This document shows positions 38,401-50,680 of a DNA stretch of 64,000 bases, one piece after another. A program made the position numbers and the translations under genes. Origin of the DNA: Paramoeba atlantica (taxonomy: Eukaryota > Protista > Discosea). Below the pieces are notes generated by a model. The model was not told the origin of the DNA. It ran no database searches and was given only the letters and a program-made list of their open reading frames with translations. Within the stretch, counting starts at the first letter, position 1, and every line of letters starts with the position of its first letter. Location: NCBI GenBank assembly GCA_977017575.1, contig CDRNVI010000150.1:1-64000 (forward strand), given 5' to 3'.

Positions 38401-41400
38401 AACTGGAGTGACAACCTATTATGAGTTAACTGATGTTCTTGAACTTGGAGATTTAGCTTATTTAGATTATGTAATGGATTTCTATTACAGTGGTGATCCT
38501 CTTTCGATCAAAAATGGGGGTTTTGAAGCTTCCAACATTCTTGATGCTCGTTACAATTTGAATCTTGGATACCTCTCAACTTACGATTACATTGGGGATA
38601 ACCTTTGGATTGGTCCTCCTTTGGGTGTTGATAATGGAGGAACTGGTGTTTCTTCTTATTATGATTTAACTGATGTTCTTGAACTTGGAGATTTGGCTTA
38701 TTTGGATTATGTGATGGATTTCTATTATGGTGGTGAACCACTTTCAATCGAAAATGGTGGGTTTGAAGCTTCGAATGTTCTTGATGCTCGTTACAATTTG
38801 AATCTTGGGTATCTCTCGACCTTTGATTACATTGGAGATAACCTTTGGATTGGTCCTCCATTAGGAGTTAACAATGGAGGAACTGGAGTGACAACCTATT
38901 ATGAGTTAACTGATGCTCTTGAACTTGGAGAATTGGCTTATTTGGATTATGTGATGGATTACTATTATGGCGGTGAACCCCTCTCAGTCGAGAATGGTGG
39001 TCTTGAAGCTCCCAATGTTATCGATGCTCGTTACAATCTTAATCTTGGATATCTCTCAACATTTGATTACATTGGAGATAATCTTTGGATTGGTCCTCCT
39101 TTGGATGTCGATAATGGAGGAACTGGAGTGACCACTTATTATGAGTTGACTGATGTTCTTGAACTCGGAGATTTAGCTTATTTGGATTATGTAATGGATT
39201 TCTATTATGGTGGTGATGAACTTTCTATTGTGAATGGTGGAACTCAAGCAACTGATGTTCTTGATGTTCGTTACAATCTTAATCTTGGATATCTCTCAAC
39301 TTACGATTACATTGGAAATAACCTTTGGATTGGTCCTCCTTTGAGCACCAACAATGGAGGAACTGGAGTTTCTTCTTATTATGATTTAACTGACGAACTT
39401 GAACTTGGAGAGTTAGCTTATTTGGATTATGTGATGGATTTCTATTACAGTGGTGAAGATTTATCTCGATACAATGGAGGAACTGAAGCTTCTAATGTTA
39501 TTGATGCTCGTTACAATCTTAATCTTGGATATCTCTCGACTTACGACTACATTGGAAATAATCTTTGGATTGGTCCTCCTTTAGGTGTTGATAATGGAGG
39601 AACTGGAGTTTCTTCTTATTATGAGTTAACTGACGAACTGGAACTTGGAGAGTTAGCTTACTTAGATTATGTAATGGATTATTATTATGGTGGAGACGAA
39701 CTTTCTATTGTGAATGGTGGAACCCAAGCAACCAATGTTCTTGATGTTCGTTACAATCTTAATCTTGGGTATCTCTCAACTTACGATTACATTGGAAATA
39801 ATCTTTGGATTGGTCCTCCTTTGGGTGTTGATAATGGAGGAACTGGTGTTTCTTCTTATTATGAGTTGACTGACGAACTTGAACTTGGAGAGTTAGCTTA
39901 CTTAGATTATGTGATGGATTATTATTATGGTGGAGACGAACTCTCAATTGTAAATGGTGGAACCCAAGCAACCAATGTTCTTGATGTTCGTTACAATCTT
40001 AATCTTGGATATCTCTCAACCTATGACTACATTGGAAATAACCTTTGGATTGGTCCTCCTCTTTCAGTGGACAATGGAGGGACTGGAGTTTCTTCTTATT
40101 ATGATTTAACTGATGTTCTTGAACTTGGAGAGTTGGCTTACTTAGATTATGTGATGGATTATTATTATGGTGGAGACGAACTTTCCATTGTGAATGGTGG
40201 AACTCAAGCAACCAATGTTCTTGATGTTCGTTACAATTTGAATCTTGGATATCTCTCAACTTACGATTATCTTGGGGATAACCTTTGGATTGGTCCTCCT
40301 TTGGGTATCAACAATGGAGGAACTGGAGTGACCAATTATTATGATTTAACTGATGCTCTTGAACTTGGGGAGTTAGCTTATTTGGATTATGTGATGGATT
40401 TCTATTACAGTGGTGAAGATTTGTCTCGATACAATGGAGGAACTGAAGCTTCTAATGTTCTTGATGCTCGTTACAATCTTAATCTTGGATATCTTTCGAC
40501 TTACGACTACATTGGAAATAACCTTTGGATTGGTCCTCCTTTAGGTGTTGATAATGGAGGAACTGGAGTTTCTTCTTATTATGAGTTAACTGACGAACTG
40601 GAACTTGGAGAGTTAGCTTACTTAGATTATGTGATGGATTATTATTATGGTGGAGATGAACTTTCTATTGTGAATGGTGGGACCCAAGCAACCAATGTTC
40701 TTGATGTTCGTTACAATTTGAATCTTGGATATCTCTCGACCTATGATTATATTGGAGATAATCTTTGGATTGGTCCTCCTCTTTCAGTGGACAATGGAGG
40801 AACTGGTGTTTCTTCTTATTATGAGTTAACCGACGAACTGGAACTTGGAGAGTTAGCTTACTTAGATTATGTGATGGATTATTATTATGGTGGAGACGAA
40901 CTTTCTATTGTAAATGGTGGAACCCAAGCAACCAATGTTCTTGATGTTCGTTACAATTTGAATCTTGGATATCTCTCAACATATGATTACATTGGAGATA
41001 ATCTCTGGATTGGTCCTCCTTTGGGTATCAACAATGGAGGAACTGGAGTGACCAATTATTATGATTTAACTGACGAACTTGAACTTGGAGAGTTGGCTTA
41101 TTTGGATTATGTGATGGATTTCTATTACAGTGGTGAAGATTTATCTCGATACAATGGAGGAACTGAAGCTTCTAATGTTCTTGATGCTCGTTACAATCTT
41201 AATCTTGGGTATCTCTCAACGTTTGATTACATTGGAAATAATCTTTGGATTGGTCCTCCTTTAGGTGTTGATAATGGAGGAACTGGAGTTTCTTCTTATT
41301 ATGAGTTGACTGACGAACTTGAACTTGGAGAGTTAGCTTATTTGGATTATGTAATGGATTATTATTATGGTGGAGACGAACTCTCAATTGTGAATGGAGG

Positions 41401-43090
41401 AACTCAAGCAACCAATGTTCTTGATGTTCGTTACAATCTTAATCTTGGATATCTCGCAACCTTTGATTACCTTGGGGATAATCTTTGGATTGGCCCTCCT
41501 TTGGATGTCGATAACGGAGGAACTGGAGTGACCTCTTATTATGAGTTAACTGATGTTCTTGAACTTGGAGAATTAGCTTACTTAGATTATGTGATGGATT
41601 ATTATTATGGTGGAGACGAACTCTCAATTGTAAATGGTGGAACCCAAGCAACCAATGTTCTTGATGTTCGTTACAATCTCAATCTTGGATATCTCTCGAC
41701 TTATGATTACATTGGAGATGATCTTTGGATTGGTCCTCCTTTGGGCATCAACAATGGAGGAACTGGAGTGACCAATTATTATGATTTAACTGACGCTCTT
41801 GAACTTGGGGAGTTAGCTTATTTGGATTATGTGATGGATTTCTATTACAGTGGTGAAGATTTATCTCGATACAATGGAGGAACTGAAGCTTCTAATGTTC
41901 TTGATGCTCGTTACAATCTTAATCTTGGGTATCTCTCAACCTTTGATTACATTGGAGATAACCTTTGGATTGGTCCTCCTTTGGATGTTAGCAATGGAGG
42001 AACTGGAGTTTCTTCTTATTATGAGTTAACTGATGCTCTTGAACTTGGAGAGTTAGCTTACTTAGATTATGTGATGGATTATTATTATGGTGGAGACGAA
42101 CTTTCCATTGTGAATGGTGGAACTCAAGCAACCAATGTTCTTGATGTTCGATACAATCTTAATCTTGGATATCTCTCGACTTACGATTACATTGGAGATA
42201 ATCTTTGGATTGGTCCTCCTTTGGGCATCAACAATGGAGGAACTGGAGTGACCAATTATTATGATTTAACTGATGCTCTTGAACTTGGAGAGTTAGCTTA
42301 TTTAGATTATGTGATGGATTATTATTATGGTGGTGATGAACTTTCTCTTGTGAATGGTGGAACCCAAGCAACCAATGTTCTTGATGTTCGGTACAATCTT
42401 AATCTTGGATATCTCTCGACCTCTGATTATATTGGAGATGATCTTTGGATTGGTCCTCCTTTGGGCATCAACAATGGGGGAACTGGAGTGAGTACTTATT
42501 ATGAGTTAACTGATGTTCTTGAACTTGGAGAGTTGGCTTATTTGGATTATGTGATGGATTATTATTATGGTGGTGATGAACTCTCAATGTTCAATGGTGG
42601 AACTGATGCTACGAAAGCAGTGGATCGAAGATATACCGCGCTTTTGGGACATCTCGCCACAGAAGATTATCTTTCGAATGATCTTTGGATTGGAACACCT
42701 CTCTCTGTGATGAATGGTGGAACTGGTGCTTCAACTCCATCAGAAGCTCAAGAGAATCTTTACATTGGATCAGTTGGGTTGTTGTGGTCTCTTGATAATG
42801 CTCATTGGAATTCTGGGCCACTTTCAATCGAAAATGGTGGGTCTGCTGGTTCTGATCTGACCGAAGCAAGAGAAAATTTGGGAGTCAGTTTATTAGGTTT
42901 CAATAATGAAGTGAGTGATTTGATTTGGGATTATTATGGTCCTCCTCTTGGAGTTGAGAATGGAGGAACAGGTGCGGAGGATTTGCAATTGGGATGGAAG
43001 AATCTGGGTCTCTTTACAGAAGGTTTTATGGATCTATTTTGTGATATGTGGTTTGAGTATTATGAAGTTGATCTTTGTGATAATTCGTAG
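32444..43090 (+). CDS. Giant (~3,450 aa) acidic repeat protein with N-terminal hydrophobic signal/anchor, Cys-rich region and tail-fibre-like 40-aa repeats
   Basis: Proposed exons 32444-32802, 32954-33033, 33106-33147 and 33216-43090 total 10,356 nt and splice in frame at GT-AG sites (TNW|DDIEQ, GY|VQF, NDI|ESLRLM). The hydrophobic stretch IFSFLAFVVVVVLLISQGEG lies near the N-terminus; TAG at 43088-43090. Confidence 0.85.
33985..43010 (+). repeat. Coding tandem array: 120-bp subunits paired into 240-bp units
   Basis: GG-AACTGG (GGTG) recurs every 240 nt with no indel from 34561 to 42721. Consensus L[AS]xxDxxxxxx[WY]xGxxLxxxNGGxxAxxxxx[A/V]RxNLxLG. Confidence 0.97.
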
Positions 43091-43453
43091 ATTTAAAAAC
43101 ACAAAAAAAATAAAATCTGGTTCAACGAAAAAAATTCACTCAAAGGACAAGAGAAAGCCAGAAAAAATGAAAAAATAAACCTTTGTTTCTGAAACTGATA
43201 CTCCCTTTAAGAAGGGTGTGTGGAGTGGGAGAAGAGAGAAGAGTGAACCGAGTGTTGAGATTGGAGCGCGGGCGAACATTTTTAAGGTGGAGGCTTTTTT
43301 TTCAAAAAAAGGATTTCCGAAAATCCGTGAAAGGAAAATTTATTTATAAAGGTGACACGTCATCAATTTAGACCTTTTTTTGGACCTTTTCTTTTTTTGT
43401 TTTTGTTTTTGTTTTTGTTTTCTTCACCGCCTTGTTTGTTTTTGCACAAAAAA

Positions 43454-46400
43454 ATGAAGAGAGTTCGAAGAAAGACTCTTCCTTCGAGCCCAATTTCTGT
43501 TCCATTGGTGAGCTGTTTTCCCTTTGATTCCTTTTTCGTTTTTTCCCCTTGAGATGTTCGATCATTGACAGCCTTTTTCTTTTTAGGAGGGTTGTTCTGA
43601 GAATTCTGATTTATCCATTGATGATGAAGTTGGAGAACTGAAGGATTTGAAATCCACAAAAAAGAAAGGGAGAAAATCTCTCATCAGTAGTAAAACTCCC
43701 CCTTCGAGAAAAAGTGAATATTCTGTCCCTGTCGAAGCGACACGTTCTTGGGTAACTTTTTCTCTTCTCTCTTTTTCACTCTTTTTTTCATTCTTTTTTC
43801 ACTTTTTTGCTCTTTTTTCTCATTTAACTTTCACAAAGGAAAAAGAATATACGAATCCACTTACTTCTCCAAAACCTCTCCAACCAAGAGAGAAATTCGA
43901 TCTCGATCAAAAGAGCGGAGAAAAGAAAAGAACAAGCTCCCTGTCGCATCATTTTCCCAAAAAGTTTCCTTCACGCCACGAAGAACAAGAAGAAACTCAA
44001 ATCTGCTCTTCTCGTTCTCGCTCTTCTCGTTCTCGCTCTCCTCCTTGTACATCTCCTTCTCGTACATCTCGAGAATCAAAGTCAGCTCGTCCTTCAAGTT
44101 CACGCCACTCTTTGATGTTTACTTCTCCTCTTATCCGATCTGATCCTCGTTCTTCTTCGACCCCCCGTTGCACATCTCCTCTTTCTTCTCAACCAGAATC
44201 TGTTCAATCTCCTCGTTCTTCACGTTCACGCCACTCTGTTATGAGCCCTACTCCTTTCACCCAATCTGATCAAAGTTCTTTTCCTCGTTCTCCTTCTTGC
44301 ACACCTCCTCATTCCAAAACAAAGTCTGTGAATCAATCTCCTCATTTTTCTTCACGTTCACGCCACTCTTTTATGATCCCTTCTCCTTTTACTACTTCTG
44401 ATTGTCCTTCTTCTTCTTCTTCAAGTCCACTTGTAGCTCTTTCTCCTCGTTTGAAATCTTTTTTTTCACCTCAAGGAGATTCTCCTCCTCCCTTTTCTCC
44501 TTCTCTCTCTTTTTCTGAATCAGACGAGTGTCAATTTCGTTGTGATTCTTATTTGGAGATTGTTAATTATTTGGTTAGTTTGACTTCAGAGAAAATCGAG
44601 TTTTTTTTTATTGGTTTTGAACAATCTTTTGATATTGATCAGGTTTTTTTCTTCTCTTTTCTCTTTTCCTTTCTCTCTTTCATTCCCTCCCTCTCTTTCT
44701 CTTTTCTCTTTTTATTGAACGATTCCAATTGATCAAAATCAAAAAATAGTTTAAACTTTTGGAAACAATGAAAGAGATGATGACCACAAAAGAAGGAGAG
44801 GAACAACAAACTGAGAAGAAAGAACAAATTATTCAAATTGTTCTTTCTTGGAGAAAATCATTAACACCGTTTTATCAAACTTTTAATCCCCTTTTATCCA
44901 AGTTCTATTCTTTTCTTCTTTCTTTCTTTCATTCTTTTCTCTTTGGATTGACTTGTTGTAAAAATAGAGCAATTGAAGAATTTCTCGATTCTTTGGAATC
45001 AACCCCTTTCGGATCAACTTTGGTCCTTTTTTTTCTTCTTTTTTTTCTCTTCTTTTTTTTATGCCTTTATTTCAAATATTTAAAACACACTATTTTTCTG
45101 TTGGATTGGATAAACTTTTGGATACGAACCTCCCTATCTCCTGAGATCCTGAGCTCCTGAGATCCTGAGATTCTGAGATTCTGAGATTATTCATCAGATC
45201 CTTTTTTGCTAATGTTGAAAAAAATAGATTTGGAAAGGGAGAATGAGTTTGAGTTCTTGTGGAACGAGTCATCATGTTGCACAAATGTTAACTTCCATGA
45301 TGTTTCAAAGATACAAATATTTACGATCTGATGAGTTTTTTGATGGTTTTTGGGAGGTTTTCCTTTTTTTTTCTTTTCCTTTGACGTTTTCTTTCTTTGA
45401 CTCTTTTAAATGAACTCTTTTTACAAATAGAAAAAAGAGAAATATATTCGATCACCAAATATTATGGCAATGAGCGAAATATTCAATCGAATTTCATCAA
45501 TGGTTGTTGAATCAATCCTATTTTGTGAGTCTGAAACTCGTTCTCAGAATTTAATGTTTATGATTAAACTTGCAACCAAACTTTTCAAGGTTTTTCTTCT
45601 CTCTCTTTTTCTTTGTTTCTTCTTTCGTTTATTTCTCTCCTTTCTCTTCTTTCAATTTACTGAGTTTTCCTCTTTTTTTACAAGCTCCGAAATTTTGAGG
45701 GATGGGGGGCTGTAATAAGTGGAATGAATCAATCTTCAATTCAACGTTTAAAACCATTGTGGAAACATCTCAATTCGAAGGTTTTGTTTTTTCTTTTTCT
45801 ATTTTTTTGTTTGTGAATTTAAATTGTTGAAATATTGATGAAAACAAAAATAGTACAAAAAGAGATTTAAGTTGTTTGATGAAATGTTATCTCCTGAAGC
45901 GAATTTTAAAAACTATCAAAATTTGTTACATTCTTCAGAACCACCTCTTCTTCCTTGGTTTGCTCCAAAGGTTCTCTTTCTTTTTTTTTTGAATATTCTT
46001 TTTCTTTTTATTTTCAAAACCAACTGATGATTTGAACAGTTGAGGGAGTTAAGATATTTGTACGATGGGAATCAAGCAAAAACAGAAGAAGGATATGTTA
46101 ATTTACCTTATCTCATGGTTTCTTTTTCATTTTTTTGTTTTTTTTGTAATTTCGTCTTGAAAAAGGACTGAACAAAAGTAACAAAAACAGAAAATTGGAT
46201 CATCAATCAAATCGTTTTTACAATATCAACAATTTCAGTACGATTTTCCCCATTCTCCTGACACTGCGTTGTTGTTGAAATTTTTTCAAAAACGTTCAGT
46301 TTCTGAGGTTTTTTTCTCTTTCAAAATATTCTCTTTTCTTCTCTTTCTCTCTTCTCTTGACTCACATTTTTTGTTTTTTATGTTTAGGAAATTTGTTACA

Positions 46401-46489
46401 CACAATCTCTCTTTGTGTCTCCGAGAAGAGAACCTGGAACCAAAGCATCACAAGAACAGATGACTGAGCAAGAAGAAAAGATTGTATGA
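43454..46489 (+). CDS. RasGEF paralog 3 (S/P/R-rich N-terminus, probable REM, CDC25)
   Basis: ATG 43454 (MKRVRRKTLPSSPISVPL|GT). Exons include CDSYLEIVNYL, IQIVLSWRK, SPNIMAMSEIFNRISSMVVESILF, NQSSIQRLKPLW, NFKNYQNLLHSSEPPLLPWFAPK and LRELRYLYDGN; TGA 46487-46489. Confidence 0.83.
45140..45188. repeat. Intronic 8-mer tandem repeat ([CT]CTGAGAT) x6
   Basis: cctgagatcctgagctcctgagatcctgagattctgagattctgagatt read directly. Confidence 0.85.
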
Positions 46490-46855
46490 ACCATTCCCAA
46501 AAATAGAGAATTGATTTGATTCTGCCCTTTCATTTTTGGTGTTTTGATAATTTCGATTGCTGTGTTTTTGATGATTTTGGTCTTTTCATTTTCTTTGAGA
46601 ATGTATTTATCTAACTTAAAAAAATCATATTTTCTGAACAACCCCCCCAAAATAAACGAAATTGATTGATTTTCAAAAGTATGTTTTCAAACGGTTGATT
46701 TTTCTGTCCGGATTTTAGGGAATTTTCGTGGCTAAATTTTTGAGAGAAATTTCGATGAATATTCAATGATTTTAAAACGTTTTTTTGGTGTCACTCTTTT
46801 CTGTTTTTCCAAAGAAAGTTTTTGGCGAAATTGTTTTTTGGATTTTTTTTGGATT

Positions 46856-49088
46856 ATGTTTCGAAACATCAGACGACTTCCTTCGAGTCCTCTTTCTTTG
46901 GTTTAATTTTCTTTTTTCTTTTGAAATTTTTTTTGTGAATTAATTTTTTTTTTGAAGGAAACTTCACAAGAAGATCTTTCTGAGAAGATAAAAAAGAAAG
47001 AAGAGAAAGAGAGAGAGAAAGAGAAAGAGAAAGAGAGAACCGATCGTCTTTTCCTAACCGCCCCTTTGATGGAAGAAAAGCAGAACTCCTTTCGGCGTTC
47101 TTGGGTTGGGAATTTTTTCTTCTCTCTTCTCCTCTTTCCCTCTTCTTCTCTCTTTCTCTCTTCCTTTTTTACTTGTGGCTGATCTTTTTTCTCTCTTTCT
47201 CTTTCTCTTTTTTTCCTTTCTCTTTTTCTCTTTTCAAATTTCAAGGAAACTGATAATCCCCATCTCGGACATTTCTCTTCTTCACAAATCCTCGAACAAC
47301 AACAAGAACAACTCCCAGAAAATAGAAAAGAAACAAAACGAACTCTCCGAGTCATCATAGATCCTAAACCAAAAGGAGATGAGAAGAGTAAAAGAGAAAG
47401 AGAAGACAATTCAAAACACAATTCAAATCACAATTCAAATCCAAATTTAAATCAAAATTCAAATCACAATTCAAATCCAAATTTAAATCCAAATTTAAAT
47501 CCAAATTTAAATCCAAATTTAAATCCAAATTTAAATCACAATTTTAATCACAAATTTAAAACAAAACTTTTACTTCGAAAAATCCCCTCTTTCGAACAAA
47601 GAGAAAATTGCATGGTCCAATCTGCACGTCCTTCTTCTTCTTCTTCTTCTTCTTCTTCTTCTTCTTCTCTTTCTCCTTCTCCATCTCCTTCTCCTCCTTC
47701 TTCTCTTCCCTTTTCTCCTTCCTCTCCCTCTCCCTCTCTCCCCTCTCTCCAAAAACCCCGAATTCGTTCCAACTCAGCCCATTCCTCTCTCTCTCCTCTC
47801 CGCTCTCCTCCTCAACTCTCTCTCTCTCCTCTCTCTCCCCCCCAATCTCCTCTCTCTCCTCTCTCTCCTCTCACCTCTCTCTCTCTCTCTCCTCTCCAAT
47901 CTCCAAGTCCAACAAAACCTCGCTCTCCCATTTTCTTTCCAGCTTCTCTCTCTTCTCCTTTCCATCCTTTCTCTCACTCTTCCTCTCTCCCCTCTCTCTC
48001 TCCCCTCTCTCCCCGGATCAAGTCCTTTTTCTCTTCTTCTTCTAGTACTTCTTCTTTTTCTCAGTCAGGTTTTTTTCTTTTTTGAAAGGAGAGAAAAAAA
48101 AAGAAATGAGTAGAAGAGAAGGGAAGAGCCATTTTTCTCTCTTTTTCTTTCTTTTCTCTTTCTTTTCTCTCTCTCTTCTCTTTCTTACTCTTCCTCTTCT
48201 CTCTCTCTTTCTTAGAATTTGAAAATGAAAGGGAATATCAATTTCGAAGTGATAATTATTTGGAGATTGTGAATTATTTAATTGATTTGAATTTGGAGAA
48301 AGTGGAATTATTTTTTCTTGGTTTTGAACAATCTGATATTGATCAGGTTCTTTTCTCTCTCTTCTCTCTCTCCCTCTCTTCTCTCTCCCTCTCTCCTCTC
48401 TTTTTCTCTCTTCTTCTCTTCTCTCTCTCTTCTCTCTTCAAACAATTTTCAAAATTCAACTAAAAAATTGCACCAAAAATTGATTAATAATAAAACCAAA
48501 AAAAAATAGTTTAAACTTTTCGAAGCAATGAAAAAGAAATTTTTGGAGAAAAGAGAGAAAGAAAAGAGAGAAAAAGTGATTCAAATGATTTTAATTTGGA
48601 GGAAAATTTTTTCTTCTTATTATCGAACTGTTCGTCCTTGTTTATTCATGTTTTTTTTTTTTTTTTTTTTTTCATTTTTCATTTTTTTTTTCATTTCATT
48701 TCATTTCTTTTTTTTTCATTTCATTTTTCTTCTTTTCATTTTTTTTCTTCCTTTATTTTTTAGGGCAATTGAGAACTTTTTGGATTCATTAGATCATCAA
48801 TTTATGGCCTCTTTTCCGGTTTTTTCTTTTTCTCTTTCCTTATTTTTGTTTTTATTATTTTAATTCTTTTCATTAATTCAAAAAATCTTTATTTTAAATT
48901 ATTTTTTTTAAACCATTAATTATCATGAATCCAACGAAAAAAAACAAACAGATTTGGGAAAGAAAGAGTTTGAGATGTTGTGGAAAAAGTCATCGAGTTG
49001 CCCAAATGTTAACTCTGATTATGTTTCAGAGATTTGGGAAGATCCGTTATGATGAATTTTTTGATGGTTTTTGGGAGGTTTTTTTATT

Positions 49089-49125
<37 letters not shown>

Positions 49126-50622
49126 ATTTTTTATTTTTATTTTTATTTTTATTTTTATTTTTATTTTTATTTTTATTTTTATTTTTATTTTTATTTTTAT
49201 TTTTATTTATTATTTATTATTTCAGGGAAAACTTTAATTTTAGTTTAATTTAATTTAATTCTTTTTGATTTTATTTTATGATTTTATTTTTTTCTTTTGA
49301 TTCTATTTTCTTTGATATTTTAGGATTACAAAATTCTTTCTTTTCCATTTTATTAAATCAAACTTAAAATACTGAAAATAAAAAACACAGAAAAAAGAGA
49401 AATACATAAAATCCCCAAACATCATGGCAATGAGCGAAATATTCAATCGAATTTCATCAATGGTTGTAGAATCAATTCTATTTTGTGATTCTGAAAATCG
49501 TTCTCAGAATTTGTTGTTTATGATTAAACTTGCAACAAGACTTTTTAAGGTTTTTCTTTCTCTCTTTTCTTTTTTCTCTCTTCTCTCTTTCTTTCTCTTC
49601 TCTCTCTCCCCCTCTCTCTTCCCTCTCTCTTCTCTCTCCTCAAAAAAATACAAAAATCAATTTATTCTTTTCTCATTTTCAGCATCATAATTTTGAGGGA
49701 GGAGCAGCTGTAATAAGTGGACTAAATCAATCTTCGATTTTACGTTTAAAACCACTCTGGAAAACTTTGAATTCGAGGGTTTTATTTTTTTTTTTCTTTA
49801 TTTCTTTATTTCTTTATTTCTTTATTTATTTTCTCTAATTTTTCTTTTTTCTTTTTTTCTATTTTTCTATTTTCTTTTTTTCTATTTTTCTATTTTCTTT
49901 TTTTCTTTCTTCTTTTTTCTTTCTTCTTTCTTTTCCTTTCTTTCTTTCTTAAGTGGTGATGTTAAAAGATTTCTATAAAAATAGTACAAAAAGAGATTTG
50001 AATTGTTTGATAAAATGTTATCTCCTGATTCAAATTTTAAAAACTATCAAAATGTGATCCATTCTGCAGAACCACCTCTTCTTCCTTGGTTTGCTCCAAA
50101 GGTTCTCTTTCTTTTTTAATTTTCTTTTTCTTTTCTCTTTTTTTAATTTTTTTTTGAATCTTTCTTTTCTTAAAAGAAATAAACAATTTTTAATATTCAT
50201 TTCAGTTAAGGGAGTTAAGATATTTATATGATGGGAATCAAGTCAAAACAGAAGAAGGTTTTGTTAATCTGCCTTATCTCATGGTTTCTATTTCATTTTT
50301 TAAAAGTATTCAATTCAATTACAAATGTTGATTTCAATTTCAAATTTATTTCATTATTTAATCAAAAAATTAAAACAGAAAATTGGAGAATCAATCAAAT
50401 CATTTCTCCAATATCAACATTTTCAATATGATTTTCCCCATTCTGACAAATCTTTGCTGTTCCAATTTCTTCAAAAACGATCTATTCCTGAGGTTTTTCT
50501 TTCTTTTCTTTCCTTTTTTCTTTTTAACTTATCCTTTTCTACAGGAAATATGTTATGAAAAATCTCTCTCTCTTTATTCTCCAACAAAGATTGTCCAAAA
50601 TGAACTTGAGAAAAAGAATTAA
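46856..50622 (+). CDS. RasGEF paralog 4 (Asn-repeat and S/P-rich N-terminus, probable REM, CDC25)
   Basis: ATG 46856 (MFRNIRRLPSSPLSL|GT), same downstream exon series as paralog 3. The last exon EICYEKSLSLYSPTKIVQNELEKKN ends at TAA 50622. Confidence 0.8.
47407..47550 (+). repeat. Coding 6/12-bp repeat encoding alternating Asn (NSNH/NLNP)n
   Basis: (AATTTAAATCCA)n is in frame with the downstream MVQSARPSSS segment of RasGEF 4. Confidence 0.75.
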
Positions 50623-50680
50623 AAGAAATAAGAACTTTCAAAAAACATTTGTGGTTTTTTTAAATCACTCCCAACCAAAG

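Noticed and set aside
34440-42840. CRISPR-like repeat/spacer appearance (also the exon-intron periodicity of the ankyrin array)
   Set aside because: Units are contiguous coding repeats or spliced exons. There are no unique spacers and no cas genes, and the context is eukaryotic.
34274-42869. Periodic 60-160-aa ORFs on other frames and strands within the giant gene
   Set aside because: Shadows of the 240-bp coding repeat; substitutions between units are mostly synonymous in the main frame.
32444-43090. The giant gene as bacterial or phage contamination or a provirus
   Set aside because: It has three in-frame GT-AG introns and host-like low-complexity flanks, and no other viral genes, integrase or terminal repeats are nearby.
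43351-43364. GTGAC/CRE-like motif upstream of RasGEF genes (also about 3391 and 46787)
   Set aside because: Only a 5-bp core is shared, with inconsistent orientation and spacing.
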